64,000 bases of DNA, taken from the IMG/VR virus record IMGVR_UViG_3300028888_000047, positions 32,001 to 96,000 of that record. One strand, 5' to 3'. Shown one piece after another: positions 49,991 to 60,070 of this stretch. Made by a program: the position numbers and the translations under genes. The number at the start of each line of letters is the position of its first letter. Position 1 is the first letter of the stretch. Below the pieces are notes generated by a model, which was not told the origin of the DNA, ran no database searches, and saw nothing but the letters and a program-made list of their open reading frames with translations. The stretch is from a virus (Duplodnaviria > Caudoviricetes).

Positions 49991-51253
49991 TTACCACTTA
50001 GTAGTATTCATTTTTTCAATGGCTTGCATAAGCATATTAAGCCCTACGGTCTGCATTGGGTCAGTACTACCATTGCCACCATTGACAATAATCTTCGGAA
50101 CCCATTCAATGCTTGATTGCGCCAATTCGTGAGCAATACCAATCATTGTTTCCTTCTTGAGCGTGGCTGCATCCAATGGTGTTAAACCGGCGGATACTAA
50201 CGCCCTATTTGCTGCTGCCTTGGCCTCGCCCTCTGCTCGTACCTTACGTGCAACCTCTTCCGCCTTCATTGCCTCAAGTTTAGCAACTTCGTACTCCTGC
50301 TGAGCTTTTGTTACCTCCTTCGCTTTAATCTTTTCCTGTTCCCACTTGGCTTTCTCTGCATCCTGCTTACCCTGCTCGGTCACAAGAACTGTCTTCTGAA
50401 TAGCCTCAAGAGATTTGGTCTTAGATGTGATAACTGCAAGGTTTGCTGCCTTCTGCGCATCAATTTGCTGCTGGGTAGCCTTATCGTACTTGATGTCAGT
50501 AATTGAGACAAGGTTACAAGTTACGCCATACTGCTGGAAAGGACAAAGGTCAATCTCCCAATCGCCATTCTTGCCACGAATCTTCTTTCCTGTTCCCTCC
50601 TGACGCATGTAATTGCCATTAGTATCAACAAGAATCTCAGCCTTTGCAATAGTCTCAGTGTCGCCTGTCAACTCATTAATCTGCTTAATCTTGTTAATCT
50701 TTGTCTTATACACACCATTATTCAACTGGTCAGTAATGTACTGAATAAGGTCGGTACGTGTCTCAGATACAGATTCCAGTGATGACATCAGAGGCCCGCA
50801 TGATGTGACAACTTTGTAAAGTGTAGGCTTAATAAGAGTGTTAATAAGGGCTTCCTCAGAACCAAACTCCTGTTGAATCTTTGCCATGTGAGCAAAATCA
50901 GTAGGAAGAATTACTCGAAGAGAACCGATAATGAATCCACGACCCTTATCATTGAAAGTCAGAGCGGCTCCTGGGTTTGCTCCTGCTGCCACATAGCCAT
51001 CCTCGTTCTTTTCAACGCCAGTGAACTCAACTTGGTTTGTCTTAGCATACTCATGCACGTTACCCCAAAGTTGCCACTGCAAGCCGCCATCAGTCCAAAC
51101 CTCATACTTACCAGTAATGGCTCGCTGATTTACATAAATCATTGACTTGTCACACTCCTCAACCCATGCACCAATGGTGAACAGGAAGAAAACAATCAAC
51201 ACAAGAATTGAAATGCCAGTAATATGGCCCTTTGTAATTTGAAACTTTTCCAT
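49991..51253 (-). CDS. SPFH/band-7 (prohibitin/flotillin-like) membrane protein
   Basis: N-terminal TM, F.D.G.G, YGV....I.DI.YD, A/E/K coiled coil, P.IIV.GG tail. Confidence 0.85.
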   Translation of the reverse strand: MEKFQITKGHITGISILVLIVFFLFTIGAWVEECDKSMIYVNQRAITGKYEVWTDGGLQWQLWGNVHEYAKTNQVEFTGVEKNEDGYVAAGANPGAALTFNDKGRGFIIGSLRVILPTDFAHMAKIQQEFGSEEALINTLIKPTLYKVVTSCGPLMSSLESVSETRTDLIQYITDQLNNGVYKTKINKIKQINELTGDTETIAKAEILVDTNGNYMRQEGTGKKIRGKNGDWEIDLCPFQQYGVTCNLVSITDIKYDKATQQQIDAQKAANLAVITSKTKSLEAIQKTVLVTEQGKQDAEKAKWEQEKIKAKEVTKAQQEYEVAKLEAMKAEEVARKVRAEGEAKAAANRALVSAGLTPLDAATLKKETMIGIAHELAQSSIEWVPKIIVNGGNGSTDPMQTVGLNMLMQAIEKMNTTKW

Positions 51254-51514
51254 TGCTTTTTTATATTTTATTGTTAAATAATTTTAAAATTATAAACTCC
51301 CTAATAGATATAACTACTATAGCCAATACAGCTAATAATGCAAACATGACCTTTAACTTTTAATCCAATAATAGAAAGGAATAATTGCCTTTACGAATGA
51401 TACCTCTTTCTTTGTGAGGCTAATAACACCAAAACAGTGCAATGCAATCATAATATAATACAGTGCTGCAAGCACAATGATTGCCATAATAAGTAATCTA
51501 TAATACCACATATT

Positions 51515-51844
51515 TTATTTTTTTAATTTTTCAACAATATCTGTTAATACCTTGTCACTAAGTTCGTTAACCCACAGGATGACTCTTGTTGGTGTTTCCT
51601 CACCAAATTCAATACGGACATCAGCATCAGATGCATCAGAAAAGTCTTCCTTTGTACATGTGATTGCTGCATTATCAACATATGAACCACATGAATTAAT
51701 GCCAATCTTTAGCTTCTTTATGTACACTCTATTAATGAGTCCATCACGTGTGCAATCAGAACTAATTGCATCTGCCTTGTTGTAGCATTCTCCTTTTGCA
51801 AGGATAGCGTCAAAAATAAACCTAATAAGTTCGTATCTTTTCAT
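51515..51844 (-). CDS. hypothetical protein
   Basis: 109 aa, promoter at 51865. Confidence 0.7.
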   Translation of the reverse strand: MKRYELIRFIFDAILAKGECYNKADAISSDCTRDGLINRVYIKKLKIGINSCGSYVDNAAITCTKEDFSDASDADVRIEFGEETPTRVILWVNELSDKVLTDIVEKLKK

Positions 51845-51915
51845 TGCTGTTTTTTTTAACGTTGCAAAGATAATAAATAAATTTCAATCTTGCAAATATT
51901 TTATGTTAAATAATG

Positions 51916-52335
51916 TTAACTTTCAATTACAAAATCTCCATCTTCAATTTCAGGCTGAAAGGCAATAAAAAATACTTTCCATGCATCACTTATAGGTTTA
52001 AAGTGTACTTCCCAATACCTGTTACTATTTTTAACATCCCCATCAGGTCTATACCTATCTCCCAAAGTGCCTCTCATGTGAAGAATGCATCCAAAATCAT
52101 AATAAACGCCACCCCTGAAAGCATATAGCCTTTTTACTTCTTTAAAAAAATCTTCTTTTGTTCTTTTAACTGGGAAAATATGTGTCATTACATGAAAAAA
52201 TGACCCATTTTCTTTCAAAAATCGTTTAAATAGAAGAAAGCATTTTTCCAAATATTTGTCAGTTGGAATTATTATTACTTTCGGATTTTTAAAATTTGCT
52301 TTAACTTCTTTGGCTGTTAATAAGGTAATTAACAT
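51916..52335 (-). CDS. paralog family H
   Basis: FKRFLKENG. Confidence 0.75.
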   Translation of the reverse strand: MLITLLTAKEVKANFKNPKVIIIPTDKYLEKCFLLFKRFLKENGSFFHVMTHIFPVKRTKEDFFKEVKRLYAFRGGVYYDFGCILHMRGTLGDRYRPDGDVKNSNRYWEVHFKPISDAWKVFFIAFQPEIEDGDFVIES

Positions 52336-53396
52336 CTTTTATCTAATTTTCTATCAAGTTCTTTTATGTAGTGATATGTCATTCTAATCAAACTATCAAC
52401 ATCACGCATATCACAAATTTCCACCGGTGTGTGCATATTACGTTCCGGAATTGATAACAAAAGAGTTTTGCAATTTGATGAAGCAAGTCTAATTTTATTT
52501 GTGTTAGTCATTCCTGCTCCTACTGAAAATTCCTGATAAGGAATGCCGCATTCTTTACAAACGTTTGCAATGTCATCACACATTTCAACATCTTTATCAG
52601 GACCGTGTGCAATACATCCGCCATATCCAAGTTTTACGTCTCCCCATTCCTTTGGGCTTACGCAATCATCATCAGTTGCAAATGTAACATCATAATCAAT
52701 TGAATATGCAGGGTTGATGTTTCTTGCAGCAAGAGTTGCACCATTTCCGCCAACCTCTTCTTGTGTGCAAGCCACGCCATATACTCTTAGAGAATTAAGG
52801 TTTTTACCTTTTCTTTCATCTTCTCTTAACAGTTTCATCACCTCAGCGGTAACAAACACCCCAATCTTATCATCTATGCCTCCACCGGTAAGACGATAAT
52901 CATTCAAGAAAAATGTTGGGTGGTCAACAATAATTGGATTTCCAATCTGAATTAAGTTCAAAGCTTCTTCTTTATTTGAAGCACCAATATCAATCTTAAG
53001 TTCCTTAACTTTTAATGCCTTATCCTTGCTTTCATCACGCCACTCAATATGAATAGGGGTTTTACCAATAACGCCCTTGATGTTACCTTTCTTTGTTATA
53101 ATAGTAACTACTGAACCTGGTAAGGTTTTTGGGTCAATCCCTCCATCCGTAATGAAATAAATAAACCCCTTATCATCTACATATTGAACTTGCAAACCAA
53201 TTTGGTCAATATGACCTGATAACATGAAGTCAGTTTTTCCGTAACCTATTGCATATACACAGTTGCCAATTTCATCACGAAATTCAAAATCCAAACCAGC
53301 ATGATTCATTTCTCTTGAAAAAATATCAGTTGCTGCTGTTTCATATCCACTAGGACTATTGGCGTTCAAAAGTTGTGTTAAAAAAATCTTATTCAT
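52329..53396 (-). CDS. M42 family metallo-aminopeptidase (TET-like)
   Basis: SPSGYE, GHIDQIG, IDDKIG, TQEEVG..GA, D.DVT, P.RNMHTPVE. Confidence 0.92.
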   Translation of the reverse strand: MNKIFLTQLLNANSPSGYETAATDIFSREMNHAGLDFEFRDEIGNCVYAIGYGKTDFMLSGHIDQIGLQVQYVDDKGFIYFITDGGIDPKTLPGSVVTIITKKGNIKGVIGKTPIHIEWRDESKDKALKVKELKIDIGASNKEEALNLIQIGNPIIVDHPTFFLNDYRLTGGGIDDKIGVFVTAEVMKLLREDERKGKNLNSLRVYGVACTQEEVGGNGATLAARNINPAYSIDYDVTFATDDDCVSPKEWGDVKLGYGGCIAHGPDKDVEMCDDIANVCKECGIPYQEFSVGAGMTNTNKIRLASSNCKTLLLSIPERNMHTPVEICDMRDVDSLIRMTYHYIKELDRKLDKRC

Positions 53397-53424
53397 TTGT
53401 TATTTTATATTAAATTCTACTTTA

Positions 53425-53808
53425 TTATGATTTAGATTCATCATACTTATCGTAATATATAGCTAATCTAAGTTTGTTCTGCGCTTCGCTAATTAAGTCG
53501 GAAGCATTCCTGATAATTCTATTAAGGGATGCTATTTTATCGTTCATCCTTAATCTATAATCATCTTTTGCCTCATCAATAGTTGTAAAGGCTCTGATGT
53601 ATGTATTTTCTAAACTATTGAAAGTAAAAGAGGTGTCTCCACTGTAAGGATTCATATATTTACCAGGAAATTCAATTATTTCAAATCCTGCTCCTCTTTG
53701 TACACTACTAACAATTACAGTTTTAATGCGATATAGTTTATTTGGGGCATGCGTTACAATATATATTTCATCTCCAGCTAGCACCCTATTCCAAGTTTTT
53801 TTATTCAT
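53425..53808 (-). CDS. paralog family G
   Basis: KTWNRVLAGDEIY. Confidence 0.7.
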   Translation of the reverse strand: MNKKTWNRVLAGDEIYIVTHAPNKLYRIKTVIVSSVQRGAGFEIIEFPGKYMNPYSGDTSFTFNSLENTYIRAFTTIDEAKDDYRLRMNDKIASLNRIIRNASDLISEAQNKLRLAIYYDKYDESKS

Positions 53809-54034
53809 GTTATTTTTTAATCTTGAATATTAGCTTTGTGTATGTTAAATCCTACTGACATTGGCACATCTTTCCAAGACAGATTTTTAAATTCAGGAAA
53901 ATCAGAATCAAAGATTTCAAAAGACTTATCATTGCTTTTCCACCAGATTTTTTTAATATCATTTTCCCTATGAGGCTTAACATAATGAAACCAAAGAGTT
54001 CCATCTAAGTCTCTTGCAACATAACCTTTCATAT

Positions 54035-54691
54035 TTACAATTGATTTTGCTTTTTTATAAAATCCAGCCACATTTGATGTATTCTTTTGGATTGCTCTTT
54101 AGGTATTGCAAGTTTTCTCCCAGACCTAACTTTTCCAAAAGCTTTAGTATAGTTTTCCTCAGTTGATATATCGTGCATCTTTATGAATTCGAAAATATCT
54201 TCATCACTGAGAACGTTGTCATGTATTTCCCTTCTTTTTACGTTATATTTACCTGATTTAATAAGTTTATTAATATAAGTCCTGACATCTTGTTCCTCTT
54301 GAAGAGTCATTCCTTTCTTTTCAGCATACTCCTTAATATAAGGTTTTAATTTTGTTTTGCTATCAATATCAGCAGGTAAGTTTTCAAGCAATTCTGAAAC
54401 GACTTTTGGCAAGTCTATTTCTATGTACATTGTTCTGTCTTTAAGCAGAACGTCTTTTTCAAACCTTCTGATTAAGTTTTCAGTGTTATGCTCATAAACT
54501 TTCCTGTATGGCTTACTAGTTATATGATAGCCTCCGCAAGCAGGACAGAAGTAAGACCTTAGTTCACCTCCATGTGTATCAATATCTTCTCCGTTCCACT
54601 TTATAAAATTATCAGCTTGTTTCTGTGTCTCAAATAGCATTTTTTGCTTAAAACACTCTGGACACATCACCCTGTTTTTTGTTGGCTTCAT
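54035..54691 (-). CDS. zinc-finger protein (CPEC ... Y.CPACGGYHITS)
   Basis: 218 aa. Confidence 0.8.
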   Translation of the reverse strand: MKPTKNRVMCPECFKQKMLFETQKQADNFIKWNGEDIDTHGGELRSYFCPACGGYHITSKPYRKVYEHNTENLIRRFEKDVLLKDRTMYIEIDLPKVVSELLENLPADIDSKTKLKPYIKEYAEKKGMTLQEEQDVRTYINKLIKSGKYNVKRREIHDNVLSDEDIFEFIKMHDISTEENYTKAFGKVRSGRKLAIPKEQSKRIHQMWLDFIKKQNQL

Positions 54692-55086
54692 AGGTTGTAT
54701 AGTCTGTGTCTTTCACTGCGGAATAATGCAGCAAACAGATTTGAAACGTGCGTCATAAGGTCGTGACCGTCTTTGGTTTCGTCCAGACCCATAACAGCCC
54801 ATCTTTCATTATTTTTGTTTCGCCACAATATGCATATTGTTTTTAGGTACGCCCTCTTAAAATCATCACCAGGCAACTTTTCGTAATACTTTGCATACCA
54901 CTTAGAGAACCTATTGAGATAAAGGATTATACCATTTCTAGTGTCTTCATTACACTCTTTTAAAATCTTTTCCACTGAATTGCAAATAAGCGGTTCTTTC
55001 TTATCACTCATTCTTTTTCTGAAAAAACTGATAGTCTTTTCCACAGTGGCATCGTTATACTTCTTCTTAAATTTTGGACCAGACAT
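54688..55086 (-). CDS. hypothetical protein
   Basis: 132 aa. Confidence 0.7.
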   Translation of the reverse strand: MSGPKFKKKYNDATVEKTISFFRKRMSDKKEPLICNSVEKILKECNEDTRNGIILYLNRFSKWYAKYYEKLPGDDFKRAYLKTICILWRNKNNERWAVMGLDETKDGHDLMTHVSNLFAALFRSERHRLYNL

Positions 55087-55323
55087 AATATTTTAATTAG
55101 TTATCGAATAAACCCATTTTATGAACCATAACGTCCACACACTCTTGCGTATCGTGATATATCACGTTTTCAACCTTATAGAAGGTTTCGTTTATTGATA
55201 TTTCACTTCCTATTTGTGGAAAATAATATGGATAGCCTATGCCAAACAAATCATATGTTTTAATAGGCTTGATTTCATCAGTTAGGCATTCTTCTGAATC
55301 GTACAGATATATTTTCTTTGCAA

Positions 55324-55617
55324 TCATTTCAATTTTTGTTTATATTTTTCCTTATCTTCTGGTGTCAACGTATGACAAGTTCTACCAATATGCCACTTAC
55401 CACACGTCCAACATTTGTATGCAGCAACCTTAGTGATTGTCTTTTCAGATGAATTGATACGATAAGCGGCTTTCAAAGCATCAGCCTCGGTCTCATACTT
55501 TGTCTTTGGCTTATAAACCTTTTCTCCATTTGTCCCATAGTAAGCAAATGTGGTGCAAGCCGTATTTTTTTGCTTAAAACGCCCTGGGCGCATTACCCTA
55601 TTATGTTTTGGTTTCAT
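55324..55617 (-). CDS. zinc-finger protein (K..YET...A ... AYKC..CGKWHIG)
   Basis: Related to 54035 N-terminal domain. Confidence 0.75.
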   Translation of the reverse strand: MKPKHNRVMRPGRFKQKNTACTTFAYYGTNGEKVYKPKTKYETEADALKAAYRINSSEKTITKVAAYKCWTCGKWHIGRTCHTLTPEDKEKYKQKLK

Positions 55618-55620
55618 AAT

Positions 55621-56019
55621 TTACTTAATTATGTAATTTCCCCTAACTAGCTCTTCTTGATGCATACGCCATTTACTGACTCTTTCGGATAATTTACTAA
55701 TCTGTTTCTCGGTATTAGATACTATTTCAGTAGCAAGCCGATTGCAAGCAATTTTAGCGTCTTCTATGTTGGTACATAGATATGTGTTAGGTGTATATAC
55801 CGCTAAATGAATTGACGTGTCAAATAATATTTTGGGAAATATATTTTGATAATACTCAGAATCTTTGCATTTGAACTTTATTTTAATAGTGCCTTTATCA
55901 ATATTAAATGTAACAGTTTTTACTGTTTTTTTAATAATTCTTGTTTTATAATTGTAGATACAAACTTTGTAAATTGTATCTCCAGGTCTTACTTGACCAA
56001 ATGTCTTTTTATTATTCAT
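55621..56019 (-). CDS. paralog family G
   Basis: KTFGQVRPGDTIY. Confidence 0.75.
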   Translation of the reverse strand: MNNKKTFGQVRPGDTIYKVCIYNYKTRIIKKTVKTVTFNIDKGTIKIKFKCKDSEYYQNIFPKILFDTSIHLAVYTPNTYLCTNIEDAKIACNRLATEIVSNTEKQISKLSERVSKWRMHQEELVRGNYIIK

Positions 56020-56307
56020 ATTCTAAAATGTTGTAAAATTATAAAAATGTTTTAGCCAAGGAAATAAACCTATAATAACTGCAATTGACACCAATATAAA
56101 GATTGCCCATGAAGCAAATTCTTCAAATTCCGTTATTTCCTCCGGTTTTGTACCAAATATTGTGAATCTTTCTTTTTTCATTTTGCTTTTGTTTTTGAAA
56201 CTTCAAACTTCTTAAGATATTTACTATAATCTCTTTTTATTTCTTTCATATTCCTTCTTTCAGGAACAATATAAAGAGGGTGATAAAATGGGTATATTTC
56301 GTTCATT

Positions 56308-56730
56308 TTATTTAATAGTGTAATATCCTAGTTTTTGTGTAGTAATCTGATTCTCCCATTTAGTTTTAATAGACTTCAGATGTTTTATTTCGTTCTTAAT
56401 TTCGTATAAACGTCTTTCTGCTATTTCATCACATTTTCTTTCAGCACCACCTAAAGTAGTGTAATAACATACGTTCCTATACATACGCAAAACCGAATAC
56501 TCTGCTGGCGCGTGAAATGTATGTATTCCATCTTTCTCATAATAATCATAATTAACTGTTATTACAGAAACATTTATTGGATATGGAACAGTTCCTCTAT
56601 TTTCTAATTTTACGTTTAAAACGTTCATTTTTATTATTTGAGGTGTTGTTTTGTAAAGATTTACCAAGTATATGGTGTCACCAGCTTTTACTTCTTTCCA
56701 TTTTTTTTCTATGTTATTCATACCACGCAT
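56308..56730 (-). CDS. paralog family G
   Basis: KKWKEVKAGDTIY. Confidence 0.75.
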   Translation of the reverse strand: MRGMNNIEKKWKEVKAGDTIYLVNLYKTTPQIIKMNVLNVKLENRGTVPYPINVSVITVNYDYYEKDGIHTFHAPAEYSVLRMYRNVCYYTTLGGAERKCDEIAERRLYEIKNEIKHLKSIKTKWENQITTQKLGYYTIK

Positions 56731-57037
56731 TTATTTATTCATTTTTTCAATATCATTCATAATTTTTGGTAATAATATAGCAGTTGACCTTTAACATTTA
56801 ATCAAAAACTTCATTCTCCAACTTAGTACATAACTCGTTGATTTTGTCTTTCGCATTAAGAATGTACTTTTTGCTTTTAACATCGTTGTACTCAAGCATA
56901 CAAGTACAATCGGATATTTTTCTTGCTTCTCTTGCCACTTGACTAATTTCTGTCAGAATGGCATGTATTTTCGTTTTTCTCATATTTCGTGTCAATTTCG
57001 ATGTTATTACCAAAAATAGAGGGGATTAACCCCCTCC

Positions 57038-57580
57038 TTAAAAGTTGTAGTCGTGGAACTCGCGGGGCTGTGCCTCGATGGTGAAACGACGCTTGCCCAA
57101 TCCGTACCATTTCCCGTCCTTGTGCTTGCGGATGGTTTCGAGAGGCATTGTCTCGTCAGGCTCGCATATCCATTCCTGAAGGTCGTTGTCCGTGTGGCCT
57201 AAAAATCCGCAGGGTACAAAACTCTTTCGGAGTGCTACCATTGCTTCTGGCTTGATAGTGGCCTTCATCTGGCGAACGATGATTGTGGTGTCGCTCTTCT
57301 CCTCGATAATCTCGTAGGCGTGCTTGTCGGTGTAAAGATGCTCGGTGGCATACTTCTTTTCCTGTGCCATAATCTCGTGGAACTTCAGGATAGGCTTCAG
57401 GGCCTTAACCTCGGTGTCGTAATGATTCCAAAGCTGCCAGAACTCTTCTTGCTTCGGGTCGCTCATCTTCATGGCTTCTACCCATGCTCTCTCGTAGCCG
57501 TCGCGCTTGCAAATCAGTTCACCAACCTGAGCCTTCATGCTCTTTACTACCTCGCTGTGGTTTGTCTTCTTTGTCTTCAT
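57038..57580 (-). CDS. GC-rich hypothetical protein, recent acquisition
   Basis: Y.D.HAYEI ... EFHDYNF motif; C/G-ending codons; own promoter (57645) and terminator (57012-57037). Confidence 0.85.
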   Translation of the reverse strand: MKTKKTNHSEVVKSMKAQVGELICKRDGYERAWVEAMKMSDPKQEEFWQLWNHYDTEVKALKPILKFHEIMAQEKKYATEHLYTDKHAYEIIEEKSDTTIIVRQMKATIKPEAMVALRKSFVPCGFLGHTDNDLQEWICEPDETMPLETIRKHKDGKWYGLGKRRFTIEAQPREFHDYNF

Positions 57581-57658
57581 AACTTGTGACCATCTTTAAC
57601 CTGTTGTCCTGCCAGGGGGTTATGTTAAACTTAAATTTCTTGATGCAAAGATACAACA

Positions 57659-58189
57659 TTATTTTGAATTGTGCAAGTATTTAGGCGTTTTTCTTCGTTT
57701 TTGCCTAATTTTTTGGCGTTCTTTCAATGCGTTCTTTATCATTTCAGCGCTTTTACGCAAAGTTTCAATAGATATTATTGGTTTATACATCCAATAAGGA
57801 GCTTCTATTGCCAAACCTTTTTCAATTAGTCCACGATAGTCAAAATGATGTTTATTAAGCCAATCTGTTGTCAGACTAAAATCTATTTTGAATTTTTTAT
57901 CAATGCAGACTTTAATATAAGTATATAAGGAGTCATATTCTTCCTTTTCTACCTCAGTCATACTTGACATTGGACGAAGATATGGTATGATATTAACGAT
58001 ATGGTCTTGTACAAAGACATTTCCTTCGGGTAAACATCTTAATTTACATAAACCACTTATAACATCTACCCCCTCAAGTAGTGCGTCTTCTTCTCCTATA
58101 TAATCCTTTTCGCCTCTATATATTATAATTTTATAAGTCAATCTTGCGCTTAAATCCTTCAAAAGGAGTTCTTTGTCTTCCTGTGTCAT
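57659..58189 (-). CDS. paralog family A with C-terminal extension
   Basis: Start moved to MTQEDKELLL. Confidence 0.8.
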   Translation of the reverse strand: MTQEDKELLLKDLSARLTYKIIIYRGEKDYIGEEDALLEGVDVISGLCKLRCLPEGNVFVQDHIVNIIPYLRPMSSMTEVEKEEYDSLYTYIKVCIDKKFKIDFSLTTDWLNKHHFDYRGLIEKGLAIEAPYWMYKPIISIETLRKSAEMIKNALKERQKIRQKRRKTPKYLHNSK

Positions 58190-58214
58190 ATTAATATTAT
58201 TTTTACTTTGTGTT

Positions 58215-58268
58215 GAAAGATACAAAAAAAACACGAAATACACAAATATTTCGTGTTAAAAAATGTTA
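58215..58268 (-). promoter_or_regulatory. fused terminator-promoter module
   Basis: AACACGAAATA-CACAAA-TATTTCGTGTT next to GAAAGATA. Confidence 0.8.
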
Positions 58269-58276
58269 TTTATTTG

Positions 58277-59086
58277 CTAACAATTGTTAACTTGTTCCAA
58301 AAAGTCTTTAATCATATTTATTTCGTTTAATTCATTTTTTATAACTTCTGTCTTCCTTTTAATCCACTCACCAAATTTATCTGTGAAACTTTTTATCAAC
58401 CCTTTTTTGGTTAATGAAAATGCTATTGCCCCTCCAATATGGCAAGAAACGTCAATAAAATCTCTTGAATACGGATTAAGATAGAAAGTTCTATCTCCGT
58501 TGGCTACTGTTATGTATATGCTGTTACTTGTTTTTGCGTTTTTGTCATTTACACTTGTTACATATGTTTTGCCAAGGAATTTGAAATGACGATTGCTACG
58601 GTCAGTATCTGAATATATACCAACCCAAACCTCATCACCTTCTTTTAAATGCATAAACCTCTTTGGATAAACATATTTTTCTCCAAGAATGTATTTGCAA
58701 CAAACAACTTCTCCATATTCAAGTTCCTCATATGTTGCTCCCTTTGGAATTGTGCAGTTATATAATGTTATACCATTTTTATTAATAGGTCTTTCATTAC
58801 CTGCGTTTTTTCCAAACAATGTATAACTTGTTGCATTACTTAGATATTCAGCCAATTTACCATGCTTTGCACTATCAATTTGAAGTTTTTTTTCGGGTTC
58901 ATATGCGTCATAAAGAAGTTTTACTTTATCCTTAATGTACAGCGCATTGTACTTCTTTTCATAATACGGAGGCCCTGACAAATACATATGGAATTGTACA
59001 CTGTTTTCAGCGGGTATCAATTTACCATTATCATCAGTTGTCATTACAACAAGAGCCTTGATATTTTTCTTTGCTATTTTTTCCAT
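58277..59086 (-). CDS. fusion of family E-like and family G-like domains
   Basis: IAKKNI...CTIPKGATY....GEVV followed by RFMHLKEGDEVW and coiled coil. Confidence 0.7.
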   Translation of the reverse strand: MEKIAKKNIKALVVMTTDDNGKLIPAENSVQFHMYLSGPPYYEKKYNALYIKDKVKLLYDAYEPEKKLQIDSAKHGKLAEYLSNATSYTLFGKNAGNERPINKNGITLYNCTIPKGATYEELEYGEVVCCKYILGEKYVYPKRFMHLKEGDEVWVGIYSDTDRSNRHFKFLGKTYVTSVNDKNAKTSNSIYITVANGDRTFYLNPYSRDFIDVSCHIGGAIAFSLTKKGLIKSFTDKFGEWIKRKTEVIKNELNEINMIKDFLEQVNNC

Positions 59087-59230
59087 TGCCCTATTTTATT
59101 TCTTCAACTTTAAACTTAACAAACTGTGAAATATCTTTCATTTTTTCGTTCATATAACCACAAACCTCATCTGCTTCATCCTTGTTGTCAGATGTTGCAA
59201 AAGTGCTAATCTTTGAGCACTTATAGTACT

Positions 59231-59968
59231 TTACAATTGCGTATTTTGCCATTTGTTATATGGTGTAATTTTTTTCATTTCATTTCTTAGCTTTTCTTCC
59301 TGAGCTTCAAGTTTATCAATTTGTTTTTCTCTTTTCTCATATGTTGTTAACGCCAATTCTCTCATAAGTTTTTTTCTATGCGTTGTTGGCATCAGCTCTC
59401 TACTTCTAAGCCTCATTTCAAGTTGGTCTTGAGCATATTCTGCATATTTCAGAGAATTGCTTACCTTATCATGTTTTTCTTTAACGTTAAGAAGTTTATC
59501 GAGTTCTTTTGCCCTTTCTATTGCTTCATTAACGTCATCATACAATTCATAGTTTTCTATATATCCATCAAGAATGCCAGTATCATTGCATAATCCAAAA
59601 TATGGTTTGAAATCTCTTGCTATATACCATTTTTCCTTTGGAACATCATGCGGTTCATAGTCTCGTAGTTCTCCAAACATATAGCAAAATAATCTATTAT
59701 GCAAAACCACTTTATCGCCGCAAAGCCATTTATGGGCTGATAAATAGCAAGGAATAACATAATACCCTTTTTTATACCATTTGCTTTCCTTTGACATAAA
59801 ACCACAGTCACGAACAGAATAATGGTCATTCTTTAATTCTAAAACACAATAATATGTCTTAAAATATTGTGGCTTTAAAAATGCCTTACTTTCTTCCCTT
59901 GTTGGCATTTTGTGGTCAATCTTTTGAAAGCCGGCCAAATCATATACATTATTATATGTTAATCTCAT
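59231..59968 (-). CDS. hypothetical protein with C-terminal coiled coil
   Basis: 245 aa, promoter at ~59986. Confidence 0.75.
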   Translation of the reverse strand: MRLTYNNVYDLAGFQKIDHKMPTREESKAFLKPQYFKTYYCVLELKNDHYSVRDCGFMSKESKWYKKGYYVIPCYLSAHKWLCGDKVVLHNRLFCYMFGELRDYEPHDVPKEKWYIARDFKPYFGLCNDTGILDGYIENYELYDDVNEAIERAKELDKLLNVKEKHDKVSNSLKYAEYAQDQLEMRLRSRELMPTTHRKKLMRELALTTYEKREKQIDKLEAQEEKLRNEMKKITPYNKWQNTQL

Positions 59969-60070
59969 ACAATTATTATTTTACCACAAAGATAATCATT
60001 TTATTTTTTATCGCCAAATATTTTATGTTAATCTTTGTTAAATCAGCATTTTTTCTATATTTTATAAAAA

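Noticed and set aside
3721-58268. Integron attC sites (ATTTAAC/GTTAAAT resemble RYYYAAC/GTTRRRY)
   Set aside because: The boxes are direct repeats on one side of the hairpin, not inverted ends; no extrahelical bases or integrase; terminator plus promoter explains the pattern
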